DNA from: Lama glama
Taxonomy: Eukaryota
Direction: 5' to 3'
Assembly: GCA_028534125.1 (NCBI GenBank)
Contig: CM052818.1
Coordinates: forward strand, 25,174,001-25,238,000
DNA: 64,000 nt
Below are positions 25,463 through 38,653 of the stretch, piece after piece. The notes beneath the pieces are model-generated. The model was not told where the DNA came from, searched no databases, and was given only the letters and a program-made list of their open reading frames with translations. The translations under genes were made by a program, and so were the position numbers. How positions within the stretch are numbered: position 1 is the stretch's first letter; every line of letters starts with the position of its first letter.

Positions 25463-27259
25463 TTCTAGATAAAGGATTCAGTCTAGAGAGGTCAGGCAAT
25501 GGAATCCTTCATTACACATATCAAATTGATTGGTTGATGGACTTGCCAGAGTCACGTCTCAGTTTAAGCAAAGACTCAGGTAATTCTGAGCAATCTACAT
25601 TGTCAGAATGCCATTCATGTCACTAGTGAAAAAAATATTTCTAACATTCCTTAAGCTCATTAATAAACTCAGTAGTGCAAGTCAAAATAGTTTATGAGCA
25701 AAGCCCTGTAGTAACTGCCTCTGAAGGGTAGACTCCTGATTAGGGTCTTTTCAACCAACCACTTCTGGAGCATGTGTGTGTTGGGAGGGGTGTGTTTCCA
25801 GTTAGAAAAATGTGTCACACTGCCTATGCTGAAGTAAAACAGTTGAAGAGCTAAAAAGGTACATATCAGAAACAAAGGGATGTGAGTCAAAACTTTTTTT
25901 TAAGAATGAAATTTAACAAAGACAGAGTCTTCTGCATAGTTTCAGTGAACCATATATACAGATACGGAACTGGAAAGGAAACTCATCTGACCACTTTTAT
26001 ATAAAAAGAGTCCAGAGGATTTAGGTAACTTCACACTGCAAACCAGCTGTTGAATGCAGTTGCTAAGACACTGAAGATAGCCTTTAGCCAAGTTAATAAA
26101 AAAAATGTTCAAATAAAGAGATAATTGTTAGATTCTCCAGAGGATCTAGATTTCTCCCTGTCAAGCAGTCACCATTTATAAGTGCCTCTGTCATTTTGGA
26201 TGAGGCCACACATCTGCCAGCCCTAGACATCCATTCTAGAGTTATTCAAACAGGACACTGGGCAACTAGCTCATACTTTACCATCAGCTGTCATGTCTCA
26301 GTTTCATTGGGATGTGGACCACCTGTGAACTTTAGGTCCTGATTTCTTTTTCTGGGCCTCACTATCTTCAGCTTTTGTTACTTTTTTTTAACTCTGTACT
26401 CTAAGGTTCACTGGCCTTCACACTCTGAGAGCTTGTGTTGCCTTGTTACATGCTGCATGGTCCATCGCATCCAACCAAGTCAGCCCACCTCTCAGGTCTA
26501 GTTAATCTCACCACCACTGCCATATGTAGTTCACTGCTGATAACAGCTCCACTTTTTAATGCATTGTTCATGCAGTACTCAGACTAGTGCTTGATTCTGG
26601 GTGCCACATTTTAAGAGACATTGACAAACTAGAGACTATCCAGATAAAGGTTACTAAACTGAGGAGTCTACAAACCACCATTGTTCTACAGTGTGAGCTC
26701 AGCCTTTTCTGGCATCATTTCCTTCCATTGTCTCTTCAGGTAACCTGTGTTGTGTTCAACTCACACTAAATCACCCACAGTCTCTCAAATGTGGCATCTT
26801 CTTTCAAATACTCATTCTTCTGCACAGTCCCTTTCCCTGTCTCTTGGTGAATTCCTACTTTAACCTCAAAAACCAACTCAAATGTTTTTTCCTCCCTTAA
26901 ACTTTCCCTTGACTTTCCTAGTTTTTTACTTCTGGGTTTTCATAGAACTTTATACATGCCTGGATTATGCACTAATCAAACCATAATCCAGTCCAGGGGT
27001 CAGCATACCTTTTCTGTAAAGGACCATATAGGAAATATTTCAGGCTTTGTGAGCATTGTGTGTTTGTCTCTGTCAAAACTACTCACCTCTGCTGTTTTAG
27101 TACAATAATAACTATAGATAGCACTTAAATTAATAAGTGATACTGTGTTCCAATAAAACTTTATATGTACACTAAAATTTGAATTTCATGTAATTGTTCT
27201 GTGTCAAGAAATATTATTCTTCTTTTGACACCCCCCCCATCATTTAAAAATATAAAAAC

Positions 27260-27357
27260 GGCAGCGGGAGGATATAGCTCAAGTAGTAGAGCACATGCTT
27301 AATCCCCAGTACCTCCTCCAAAAAATAAATAAGTAAACCTAATTAACTCCCCTCCAA

Positions 27358-27360
<3 letters not shown>
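27260..27360 (+). mobile_element. Vic-1-type camelid tRNA-derived SINE, internally deleted
   Basis: gggaggatatagctcaagtagtagagcacatgctt|aatccccagtacctcc...aaataaataagtaaacctaatta. Confidence 0.8.

Positions 27361-27410
<50 letters not shown>
27361..27410. repeat. (CA)25 microsatellite
   Basis: direct reading; lies in the SINE tail. Confidence 0.97.
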
Positions 27411-27414
<4 letters not shown>

Positions 27415-28334
27415 ACTGTTCATAGTTCTTGGGCTGTACAAAATCAAGGACCCACTGGCCATAGTTTGCTGATCCTTGATGTAATTAATTTATTTATTCT
27501 TTCAATCATGCATTTACTCATTTATGGGACAAATTTAATTTGCTAGATATCCTTTTAGGCACTGTGAGTCACTAGTGGTGAAAGAGACAGTCATATTACT
27601 AAGGCAGAATCTTTCTTCTGATTAGACAGAGCTTGCTGAGTTCAGAGACTTTCTATTCTATCTTGCCTCCTCCCTCCCCCCCGCAAGTATAGTACATTTC
27701 CTGGTACATTTTGAGATGAAGTAATGATTCAACAAAGGAATAAGCTATTAAATCTTTGCTAACTATTTCTCCTGTGACTGTATAATTATGCTATCTTATT
27801 ATGTGAGTGTGAGAGAGAAGTGCTACTAAGGACAAGTGAGTGGTAAATTTTAACAGGTTATTTTGGAAAGGTCTTTGTTGAGTTTAGATATGAGGGTAAA
27901 GTTTACATTTTGTCTGTTTTGTCGATGAGAGCACTATCAAAGTGATATATTTGTGATGTATTGCTGTGATGAATCATCTACATCATTTTTTGGTGTGAAC
28001 CTTTTAACATTAAATTTGTATGATACAGACATAGGGTAAATGGGTAAACTGTGAGGGAGGGGTAGTTTTTAACTAAACGGACATTTTCTCTAATTGAATG
28101 TGCCTGATGACATCTTTATTTCCTATAAATGATGTATTTTAAGGATTAAAACCTTGGGTTGAGTTATAGTAACACATTATATTAAGTAATTTGTTTACTT
28201 GCAGAAATTAGCTTTTCTCTTAGCACATTGCATTTATGTGTTTTTTTAAGGTATGGCATACAACCTTAAAACACTTGTTACTTCAAATAATTTTAATCAT
28301 GAAAATGTGATGCATGCTTGTTTTCTTTTTATAG

Positions 28335-28399
28335 GCGAGATAAACTTTGGATATGCATGGAATTTTGTGGCGGTGGGTCTTTACAGGATATTTATCACG
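28335..28399 (+). CDS. MAP4K3: MAP4K3 exon 4: [21 protein letters not shown](V)
   Basis: ttttctttttatag acceptor; G|gtaaga donor; kinase hinge region. Confidence 0.97.
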
Positions 28400-29289
28400 G
28401 TAAGACCAAAGTTATATGTTAAAAAGATTAAGTAGAATTTCTTAAAATATAGTCATTTACTATATTAAAACATTAATGTTGTTTTGAGGAAAGTATGTTT
28501 TATCATTGCTATTTGGATACATAAAGAAATTTAAGATATATGCAGATGAAAGGAGCATTTGCTTTATAAGAAAATTATATGCAGTTGAATTATTTGCTAA
28601 GACTAAAGAAGACATTACTATATATAGTTAATTCAGTTGTAATAGGATACAGGAAATGGTAGATTTTCTGGAATTGTTTTAGAAGGCTTAATGAAGAAAG
28701 TGGGCTTTATATTGGTCTTTAAAAGTTAGGTAACCTTTGGGAACCAAGAAGAAGAAGAAGTGCATTTTAGGAGATGAAGTAGCAGTACAGTGACATGAAG
28801 GTGTAGCATCTGAGAGATCACTCTCACTGGTCTGTCTGGAGTACATATTTGGGGAATGGGGTCAGATACAGAGCCTTGAAAGCCAGATGATAGAACATGA
28901 GAACATTCTGCTTTATCAAAAGCTATATCTTTTTTGAGAATATTTTTTATTAAGTGTGGCTATTCTTTATATTTAAGAAAATTTTTTCATTAATGACATT
29001 TTAATTTCAGAAGTTTAGTGAAAATTGAGAAACATTTGGCATCATTTTGCATTGCAGAACATAGATAGTATTTCTGGAAGCTTGTTATAAATTCAGAAAG
29101 CAGAGTTGGGGGTTTTAGAGCTTGAGCCATCGTCCTCTGTATATTCACCAATATACGGTGGCTTTACAATAAATGCTGCGTTTTCCTTCACCAAAATACA
29201 TACATACATGCAAAAAGCTGTTTCCCCTCTTTTTTTGTCTTCATTTGGACTAATTTCTCTCTACTATTGTTTCCACACTTAACTGATTT

Positions 29290-30000
29290 AATTACCTTCT
29301 TTCTGCAGTTCTTTCAGCTAGGTCTCCTAGCAGTAAAACTCTGTCTTTGACTCTTATTCTTAAATGACAGTTTAAGTGGTTTAAGGGGCCTAGACCATTT
29401 TCTGTGTTGACAGGTATTTTCTGTCAGCATTAGACCATTGTCTTCTAAGCTGCTGCAGTTGTCAGTACCTCCTGTCAGTCTAACCATTGATCTGTTGCAT
29501 GTTATCTTTTCTTTTCTAATTGCTTGTAAGATTTTTCTCTTCATTTCTGGTGTTTCTAGTATCAAAATGTAGGTGTAATTTTACTTTTCCTGCTTAAGAC
29601 TTAAAGTGCTTACCGCCAAGAATTAGTTCTTTCATCAGGTCTAATTATCAATTATTTATCTCTTAAAATATTTACTCCTTCAATTTCTCTGACCTTTCCT
29701 TCTAGAATTTCAGTTAGATGTACCTTAGATCTTCTCCATGTCTCTTAAAGTCAGGTTCATATTTTCCACTTTTTAATCCCTCAGAGCACTGAAGATACTC
29801 AGAACCATCTTCCATTTCTCTGTATCGCTGTGATTCATATATCCATTAGGTTTTAATTCTTGGTGACCATATTTTCCATTTCTAGAAATTGTTTGCTTCT
29901 GTTTCAGATCTCCCTCCATTTTTTATTTGTTTTACTCTTTTCTTGTAATTTTTCATTCCTTCTTTTATGTCTGTAGTTTTTTTAAGCATACTTAGTTTTT
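29290..30000 (-). mobile_element. Ancient HAL1/L1ME ORF1-like remnant
   Basis: ORF 29314..29565 KRKILQAIRKEKITCNRSMVRLT resembles L1 ORF1p KILKAAREK..ITYKG..IRLT. Confidence 0.55.
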
Positions 30001-30770
30001 AGTCTTAGATTATTTAGTAATTCCATCAAATATATGTATATATGTGTGTGTGTGTGTATATATAAATATAAAATTGTTACTCCGTTTCAACCCTCTGATG
30101 ACAGTAACATAGGAATATGAATTTGTTAATATTGATTTGTTTATGCTGATCAGCCTCTTGGAAGAAATGATGATTTTTTTAATACCTTGGATGTTCTCAA
30201 ATGTGCATGCTGGGAATTTACATGCTTATACAAAATCCCAAGCCCTATCCTTCTGTGTATTCAGTCCTTTGATTATACTCAGGTTTCTACCAAATATCCT
30301 CCTCATAACAATGTATACTCCTCTTTGGCTACAGTCTACTGTAGACTGCAAAGAAGCAGACAAAAACCCCATAAGCATTATGGTTGTTAGAAAATAAGAA
30401 CTTCTCTTTCACCAAATAAGGTAATCCAGGATATTACACTACTACGTTCAATGACATATATGGTGACATACATTCTACATAGAATGACAACATGGTGAAA
30501 GAGAGAGGAGAGAAGGAAAGAGAGAAACATAAGAAGAAATGGAGATACATGTCTTATATGGCTATACAAGTAGACTGTTTCTTTGCAAGTGTATACAAAC
30601 CATATTTTGATCTGTCATACAAAAATGTTTTTGATTAAAGCCTCCTTTTTAAAAATTATTTCCACTTATTTCTAAAGTACCATTAAGCCAATTTTATATT
30701 TTATCTTACTGTCCTTAATTCCATCGCTTATTCCATATGATTTTAATTTAAATCTTCTTTAAAGGGGGAA

Positions 30771-31610
30771 TATATTAGTTATCTATTGCTGTTTAACAGT
30801 GCTCTTAAAATTTGCCATCTTAAAGCAAACATTTATTATCTCACAGTTACTGAGGGTCAAGAATTCAGAAATGGCTTAATTGGGTGATTCCCTTATAAGA
30901 CAGGCCAAAACATCCATAAGACATTTGGTCCATGCCACAAGGTCCTTGAAATTTGGTCCTTTCCAAAACATCCATGAACATACTTGGTTCATGCCGTATA
31001 GTTTTGGACAGGACCAACTATGAGGGACTTTTTGGCATGGACCAAATATGAACAAATATCAAGGGCCTTCTGTTGTGAACCAAAAGTCTTAACAGAGGTT
31101 TTGGGCAGGCCCAAATGTCCTATGAACCAGATGTCTTTTGGACATTTTGGATAGGACCGAATGTCTGCTAACTAGGTGATTCTAGCTCATGATCAGTCAT
31201 GAGGTTGCAGTCAAGCTCTTGGCTGGGGCTGTAGTCATCTGAAGGCTTGACTAAGGTTGAAGAATTTACTTTCAAGATGATTCACTTAACATGGTTTTGG
31301 CAGAACGTTTCACTTCCTTGATAGCTGTTGGCCAGAGGTCTCAGTTCTCTTCACGTGCATCTCAACATAGAGCAGCTTGAGTGTCTTCACAGTGTGGCCC
31401 CTGGCCTCTTCCAGAGCAGATGACCCCAGAGGGCAAGGACAAAGCCACAAACCTTTTATGGAGTAGTCTCAGAGATTACATTCTGTCACTTCCACCACAA
31501 TTTGTTCTTTAGAAGCAAGTCATTTCTGTCTAGCCACACTCAGGAAGGGAATTAAGTTCTGCCTCTGGAGGGGGATGTATCAGAGAATTCCCAGACATAT
31601 TTTAACCACA
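30771..31610 (-). mobile_element. MaLR LTR, MLT1 (G/H-like), interrupted at 30891-31174
   Basis: tatattagttatctattgctg...catttattatctcacagt...catgaggttgcagtcaag...gtcatctgaaggcttgact. Confidence 0.8.
30891..31174. mobile_element. Palindromic sub-repeat insertion (MITE/foldback-like DNA element) with an 8-bp TSD ggtgattc
   Basis: TSD at 30883-30890 and 31175-31182; TTGGTCC..CCAAAA units on the left and their reverse complements on the right. Confidence 0.7.
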
Positions 31611-33550
31611 AGGATTGGGGGCAGTGGGGCAGATTTTAAATTTACATTTTTTCGTAAGTTCCTTCTCCTCTCCTTTGATTTACTTTTTCTTTGAAAAACT
31701 AACGTTAGAGCATTTTATTGTCTCAACATAATAGATTTTTTGGTCTCTATTTTTCGTTGACTATTTTTCCTTCTTTTTAATAACTTTCTACATTCTATTT
31801 ATGGTGAATTGTTTTCTCATTTATTTCATAATTTTGAGATCATCTTCAGTGGGAATTCCATATAGCTTTTGAGAGTATGTCCTTCTAACTGTTGGGTTTT
31901 TTTCCTCGGACCCCAGTGACCTCATTGTTGTTGATATATATTTGAACCCTAAACCTGAGTGAAGAAGAGGCCTGTGGTGACAAATTCTATGAGGAGACTT
32001 CTTCCCCCTGTCCAGATCCCAGGCTGTGGCGTACAAATCCTTCCTTAGTCATCTCCCGGTGCTTGTCTACAATTTTAATGAGGATCTAGGCCTTTGAGGA
32101 TTCTGGTTTTATGTGGGTGTTTGTTTTAACTCTTCCTCTACAGACATATAGCTTTTTCTTCTGTGCCCATGTAGGGGATAAAACTGAAGCCCTATCTTAC
32201 CAGAATTGGCCTTCCCCTAAGAGGCAACTAGAATATTTGACACATTTATCATTCTGTTTTTCATTCTGCCCCCCTGCTTTTTTTTGTTTTTGTTTTTGTT
32301 TCTGGGAAAGTCTCTTACTGTTTATGAGCTTAGTGAGGCATTTAAAAGATTACTTTAAAATATTTTTCCTATCATTTCTAGGTGTTATTTTCAAGATTTT
32401 CAGGTTGTCTTGTTTGCCATATTGTGGGAACAGACATCTCAACAAGGCCTATCTTACTAGATGAGAGTGGGCTTACAAGCCACAGAAATTAGTTACTATA
32501 AGGATTATCCTCCAATATTTAAACTTAGCCTTGTCCCTTAAAGAATCTAAGTGAAATAAATTTCTCTCTGCCACAATTGTAAAATACAAGTACTGTGAAC
32601 TACACATTTTTACAGAACTGTTAAAGTTTGTGTAAATGTGAGCTCACTATCTAGCACACAATTTCATGGTTAGAATTTAATTCAATTTCTAGAATAGTTC
32701 CTCCCACCTCTTATTTCTATATTTTAAAGTGATTTAATAGCAAAAAAGAGAAAACTATTTAAATGTCCTTCATAGTTGATAGATGCACACAGAGGAAATA
32801 CTATTCAAATATGATGATATGATTAAACTATATATATTGATATAGTAAATGAAAAAGGCAAGTTTCAAAATTTTATGTGTAATAAGATTCCATTTATGTT
32901 TATGTGTGTGTGGTAGATTATAGGCCAAACTGTTGATATTGTTTATTATTGAGTAATACTAGTTTGGATAAGGAAGAAACCTGTCTCTATTGATTGAAAT
33001 TTTTTATAGTGATCATGCATTAATTTTATACTTATAAAGTTAATAATTTTAGAGAAAAATTACTGATTTTTAACTTAACCAGAATACATATTGCATGTCA
33101 ATTTTTTACAAAAAGCTTTAACGAAAACTAGCTAAACTTTTGGCCATGCTTGCTTTCTTTTAACATTTAAGAGGTAATATGATCAGGTGTAAAAGTGAAA
33201 ATGTAATTAAGTTCAGTGACTATTTCAGTGTTTTATTCATTCATTCATTCAGTTTTTTTTCCCATATTAAGTCATTTTATTTTTGAAAGAGTCTTATGAT
33301 GACAGTTTATTCTCCCACATTTTATAAACATTTATTGAGCACCTTTTCCATGCCTGGCACTGTTCTAAACACTGGGTATACAATGAACAAATGAGATTTT
33401 TAAAAATTCCTGCTCTCATGGAGGTTAATATTTTAGTAGGTTTTTTTAAGTATGTTAAACTGCTGCTTCATGAAACTTGTACAGCTTTGTCTCTTACTGA
33501 AAATACATGCTTTAACTGATTTTATTAATATTAATTTTCTTCTTTTATAG

Positions 33551-33606
33551 TAACGGGACCTCTATCAGAACTGCAGATTGCATATGTTAGCAGAGAAACA
33601 CTACAG
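33551..33606 (+). CDS. MAP4K3: MAP4K3 exon 5: TGPLSELQIAYVSRETLQ
   Basis: tcttttatag acceptor; CAG|gtaaat donor; frame continuous with its neighbours. Confidence 0.97.
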
Positions 33607-34194
33607 GTAAATCCAGTGTGAATTAAGAAGTAATGTTCTTTATTAAACTGAATGTTTGATTATTGCATATTATTTGTTAAGTAAAGGTTAAACATTATAA
33701 CTTGGCAAACTCTTGAATTTAATACATTTTAAAGTTGTTTTTGTTATAAACTCAAATTATATTTGCAAATAAATACTTTAAAGCTTCAGTATGATAATAT
33801 ACCTACTAAAATTCAAGCACCATGGATTTGTTATATATTTATTTTTAATTCCTCTTAATACCAAAGAAAGGCTTGAAAATTAAGTACTCATGAGTTTGAA
33901 ACTCATTCTGATACTCATTGTTTTTAATACATTTTTTTAAAAAATTGTTTAAAACTATTTGCAGAGTTTAATGAAAATTATTTGTCTTAGGAAAACTAGT
34001 CGTTCAGACTGAGCTTTGCTTCCTTCACTTTCTTTATTCTTTTGTCTTTTAGGATATTCCAGTAAGATAAATTGATTAATACTAGAACTTTCTATAATGA
34101 GTAAATAAATAAGAGAGAATGCTACTCAGTTGATCCCTTTAAATTCCAAATTGTGCTCTATATTAAAATCTTGTTAATTTTTTTTTAATTCCAG

Positions 34195-34242
34195 GGATTA
34201 TACTATCTTCACAGTAAAGGAAAAATGCACAGAGATATTAAG
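34195..34242 (+). CDS. MAP4K3: MAP4K3 exon 6: GLYYLHSKGKMHRDIK
   Basis: ttccag acceptor; AAG|gtatat donor; catalytic HRD motif. Confidence 0.97.
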
Positions 34243-34496
34243 GTATATACATCATATGTTTAATCTCATGGCCCTCTCTTTATTTTTAACTATCCTAATC
34301 AAACTGTTGAGCATAATTGTCTTGATTATTCTGTTTGATGAGCTTAACTGTCTACATGTGTTATGATAGTAAAATTGAGTGATAATTTGAAGGGTTTTAT
34401 TTTTTATAGTACCTCTTTTGAGATACAGTTCACATACCATAAAATTCATCCTTTTAAAATACACAGTTGTGAATTCATGCTTTAATCATATTTTAA

Positions 34497-34558
<62 letters not shown>

Positions 34559-34624
34559 CTCTTTCCTTCTTTCTTTCTTTCTTCCTTCCTTTCTTCCTTC
34601 CTTCCTTCCTTCCTTCCTTCCTTC

Positions 34625-34687
<63 letters not shown>

Positions 34688-34688
34688 T
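34497..34688. repeat. Compound (CTTT)n(CTTC)n(CTTT)n tetranucleotide microsatellite, about 190 bp of pure pyrimidine
   Basis: direct reading. Confidence 0.98.
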
Positions 34689-35084
34689 ATAAAATGCAAA
34701 TAAAGTCCATAGCTTCCATCAAGTTACAGTCTTTAGGAAATTTCATGCTTTGACTGTTATAGTAAACTTTGGCAATCTTAAGAAACTGTCATTAATAATG
34801 TGTCAAAATGGATAAATTAAACTTTGACATTTTCTGCTGGTCTTTAACAGGCAGAGGAGAGCAGGTGCACTGGGCATACTGTGCTAAACCATTGCTGTGG
34901 CAGGACTCTGATACTATTTCCAAAGATACTGTCACCTCCCCACCTTAGATATTTTCTCTGTTCGTTTTTCTTTTCCTTTCTTCCTCCTCATTCATCTTTC
35001 CTCGTACTTCTTTCCTCCTTTTGTTTTCTGCAGTTTTCTCTAACAAAAAGATTCTAACCCTTTTTTTGTTTGGGGGAGGGCGTG

Positions 35085-35220
35085 GGTTGGGGAACCACTA
35101 TGCTCTTTGAGTCTCTGATGAAAGCTGTGGACTCTGCTCAGAAAATGTCCTTGTGCACATGCCTTCAAATTTCACATGAAATTTCAGTGGGCTGTCAGAT
35201 CACCAGCTGAAATTCTCTGC
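35085..35220. mobile_element. MER103-like hAT fragment
   Basis: ctttgagtctctgatgaaagctgtggactct...aaatttcagtggg. Confidence 0.55.
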
Positions 35221-35599
35221 TTTAAGTATTATTCATAAGCCACTTAAAAGATGTAAGCAAAGAGCATTGGATTCAAAGGTAGGAGAGATCAGAAGAATAT
35301 GAGTAACTCAAGAAAAATTCTGTGTCATTAGCACTTAAATAATCTGGAAGGATTGATAGATTTTTGTCAGAAATGGAGGTTGGAGTGCCTTCCATACAGA
35401 GGGAACAATGTGAGCAAAGATACAGAGGTCAGGAAATGTGGGGTCATTTTAGGGGGCATAAAAGCTGCACTGTTTTTGAAGAGGAGAGACTGGAGGAGAG
35501 TGACAAGAGATGGGGTTGGCCAGGTGGCGTGGTGCTCCATTGTGCAGGAACCTGTGGGCTGAACTTCATAGTTGGGGCCTAATTGGGTAGCTCCTGACC

Positions 35600-36340
35600 A
35601 TTGCCACTATTTCTACCATGTCTGAGTCACCGCTGTGTTGTATCTCACCTGCACTTCGGGAATGGCCTTCTAACTGTTCTCCCTGCTCCCATTCTTGAGT
35701 GGTTCTGCAGGCACTTTTCTACCTCACAACCGAAGCAGTCTTCTTAAGTCAGATCTTGTCTCTCTCCTGCTTGTAAGCCACCATTGGCTTCCCCTCACAC
35801 TCAGTATAAAATCCAGATGTTTTACCATGGCCTATAAGGTTATGCATGATCTGGCTCCTGCTCTCCTCTCTGACCTCATCTCACATTCCTCTTCGTTTTG
35901 CTCATTCTGTTTCAGCCACGCTAAACTTGGCTATTCCTGGAATATGTCAGGTTCCTTCTGGTCCTAGGACTTCGTTTTTGCTGTCCCCACTTTCTGGAAT
36001 GTTCTTCTGGATTTTGGCACACCTCTGCACCCTCTCTTCATCTAGATCTCTGCTCAGCTGCTACTGCCTTAGAGAGGTCTTCCCTTCCTAGTTTATTTAT
36101 ATTCAGAGTACTTGTCTCTACCTGGCTTTGAATCATTTGTTGATTCATTCATTTATTCATTCGTGTGTGTGTGTGTTATGTATTCATGTTTAGATTTTCT
36201 TTCTCTCCTACTTGGATGTAAACTCCATGAGAACTGGAACTTATTCACTACTGTCACCCCAGAGCTTAAAATAGCATGTGGTTGCTAGTAATCTCTCAGG
36301 GAGTGAGGGATGAGTGGATGCATAGATGGATGGATGGAAG
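35600..36340 (+). mobile_element. L2 LINE 3' end
   Basis: aaaatccagatg...catggcctataagg...catgatctggctcctgc...atgtaaactccatgag... followed by a (GGAT)n-like tail. Confidence 0.8.
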
Positions 36341-37367
36341 TAAGCATCAAAGGCCACAAGTGCAGGTGATATGATATAAACTGTAATTTAGAAAAATTAC
36401 TCTAGAGCTGAGGAAAGACCAAACTGAAGATGCTGGCAGAAATCTAGATAGCTAGGACCTAAATCAAGTTGAAATCTCTACTCTAGTTTCTTCTTTCTCC
36501 TTTTTCTCACTTCTCTCATTATCTCTTAGGGTTGTAGTAATATCAACGGGTGCACATTTTGGTTATTTCTTCCCCTTTTGGGAGCTGAAGGGTGCTTTCA
36601 TAGTATTTTTCCCCTGAACTTATGGTTAGATGGTTGATGGCTCTCTGAACTACAGAGGCTGCTTACTTTTGCTTGCTCATTTAAAAGTTGCAGAAAAGGA
36701 CTGGGGGACGGGGTGTAAAAGCCTGTACTTTGAGTTTTTTTTAAGATGAAGTGTTATTATCTTTCTTGAGCTTAGGTCAAGAAGCAAAATGGCCAAAATG
36801 CTACAAGGTCCACAGTGACATTTCAATTCTTTGGGCCTGTGGCAAGTTGTTGATGTCCTGAATGGGCCTAAACTCTGGGCAGACACATTAGAATGGACTC
36901 CCCATGGACTAAGCAGCAAGGTTCAGCCTTACACACTAGCACTGGTTTAGTTGATGCTGATTTCCTAGGAAAGGAGATGTGTTTCGGTGTTTTTGAGTGG
37001 GAAATAGCAGTGAAGTTTAAAATGTAATTCAAGGAATTGAAATTCCATTGTAGTGTAGTGACAGTGATCAGAAAGAAAAAAACATTTAGGTGAAAATATG
37101 TCACTTTCATAATAATATTCATATTGTTAATAGCTTTTTACAAGGCAGAACATTTTATAAGGATAGTTAAATTGCCTAAAAAATGGACAGTAAATTTTCC
37201 TTTGAATATAGTAATGAATTAACATTTTAATTGTGCATGCTTTAAATTTTAAGTATTTCTAGATCTAAGGCTGTCATGTGATTATTTTAAAGACATATGT
37301 TTATTCTGTTATATATGCTGTCTGATAAAATGTTTCCTCCTTTAACTAAAATGTTCTCACTTTGAAG

Positions 37368-37410
37368 GGAGCTAACATTCTTTTAACGGATAATGGTCAT
37401 GTGAAATTGG
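37368..37410 (+). CDS. MAP4K3: MAP4K3 exon 7: GANILLTDNGHVKL(A)
   Basis: tttgaag acceptor; G|gtgagt donor; continues the catalytic loop. Confidence 0.96.
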
Positions 37411-37577
37411 GTGAGTAAATTTGAGTTTTGTCACTTGTACAAATTTATTCCAAAACATAGTAAGTTTATATTTTCCTCTTTAGGACTAGATTTCCCCTCC
37501 CTCAGTAGCGTCTATGTATTTTTAGGTGGAAATCTCATTGCAAGACATATGTAATCTTTCTGTATTTGTTTCCTCTT

Positions 37578-37733
37578 CTCTTTTTGTTAAAAAAAAATTT
37601 AACTTTATTTGGGGGAGGGGTGGTAATTAAGTTATTTATATATTTATTTATTTTAATGAAGGTACTGGGGATTGAACCCAGGATCTCCTGCCTGCCAAGC
37701 ACACACCTTACCACTGAGTTATACCCTCCCCTC
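37578..37733 (-). mobile_element. Vic-1-type camelid tRNA-derived SINE with an 11-bp TSD
   Basis: Reverse strand reads ggggagggtataactcagtgg (A box)...gggttcaatccccagtacc (B box); TSD tgtttcctctt at 37567-37577 and 37734-37744. Confidence 0.88.
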
Positions 37734-38551
37734 TGTTTCCTCTTAAATGGGGATAAAGTTTATCCTTCACATATGACAAATTTGTTGTAAAGATATAATG
37801 AAATACTATTCCTTGGAAATTCTTTCACCTTAACTACAGGAATGGGATTTCTAATAAGAAATCTGTACAGAATTATCTTGGAACCAAAAAACAAGGAGAA
37901 TAAACAAAAGCCAAAAAAATCAGTGATGCCCAAATCCTACCTACTTAACAGAAGCTTTCAAAATAAAACACAGTATTACTTACATAAGAATGTACTATAG
38001 ATGCTGAACAGTGCTTTATTTGAAACTGTAACTTTTATTTTGTTAACTTTTGGTTGTCAAGTTATGATTAAAACAGAGTTCAAAACTTAATAACTTAATT
38101 TGAAAGTCTGACCAGAAAACATGTATAATATAGTAACTTTATAAAAAGTCATGTCTGTGATGTCTGTTAGATATAAATGTTAATAACATTTATGTTATTA
38201 TATGTTAATAAATGTTAATAGTAAACATGAAAGTTATTTTGAACTGTATATTACTATAAGACCAATATTCAAAAAAAATTTCTCTTATAAAAACATGAAT
38301 AAAACTGTTTTGAAGTATAGCCTATAATAGAACTAATCAGATTTAAAAGTATGATAAAATTTGCCTAAGCCACCTCTAAGAACTGGAAAAGCAGTTGTCT
38401 AACTATTGATGGCTTAGTGAACAATTTCCATCAGCAGTTCAATATTTTTTGTCAATATTATGTGCCTTATTTCTGTGAAATTAGTTTAATGAAAATAATT
38501 ATTGAAAATTTCTTCTCATGTTACTTTAATTTTACTTTTTTTATTTTCTAA

Positions 38552-38653
<102 letters not shown>

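Larger units (their letters stand above)
26994..27478. mobile_element. MER58B-like hAT element interrupted by a SINE and (CA)n
   Basis: caggggtcagc...tctgtaaagg...tgtgttccaataaaactttat...ccatagtttgctgatccttg. Confidence 0.85.

Noticed and set aside
30891..31174. CRISPR-like repeat array
   Set aside because: The units are degenerate, switch orientation midway and lack unique spacers; the context is a mammalian intron with no cas genes
34418..34753. ORFs encoding (FLSF)n on + and (KERK)n on -
   Set aside because: Translations of the CTTT/CTTC microsatellite, not genes
37660..37733. tRNA-like sequence with A and B boxes
   Set aside because: It has an AT-rich tail and a TSD, so it is a tRNA-derived SINE rather than a tRNA gene
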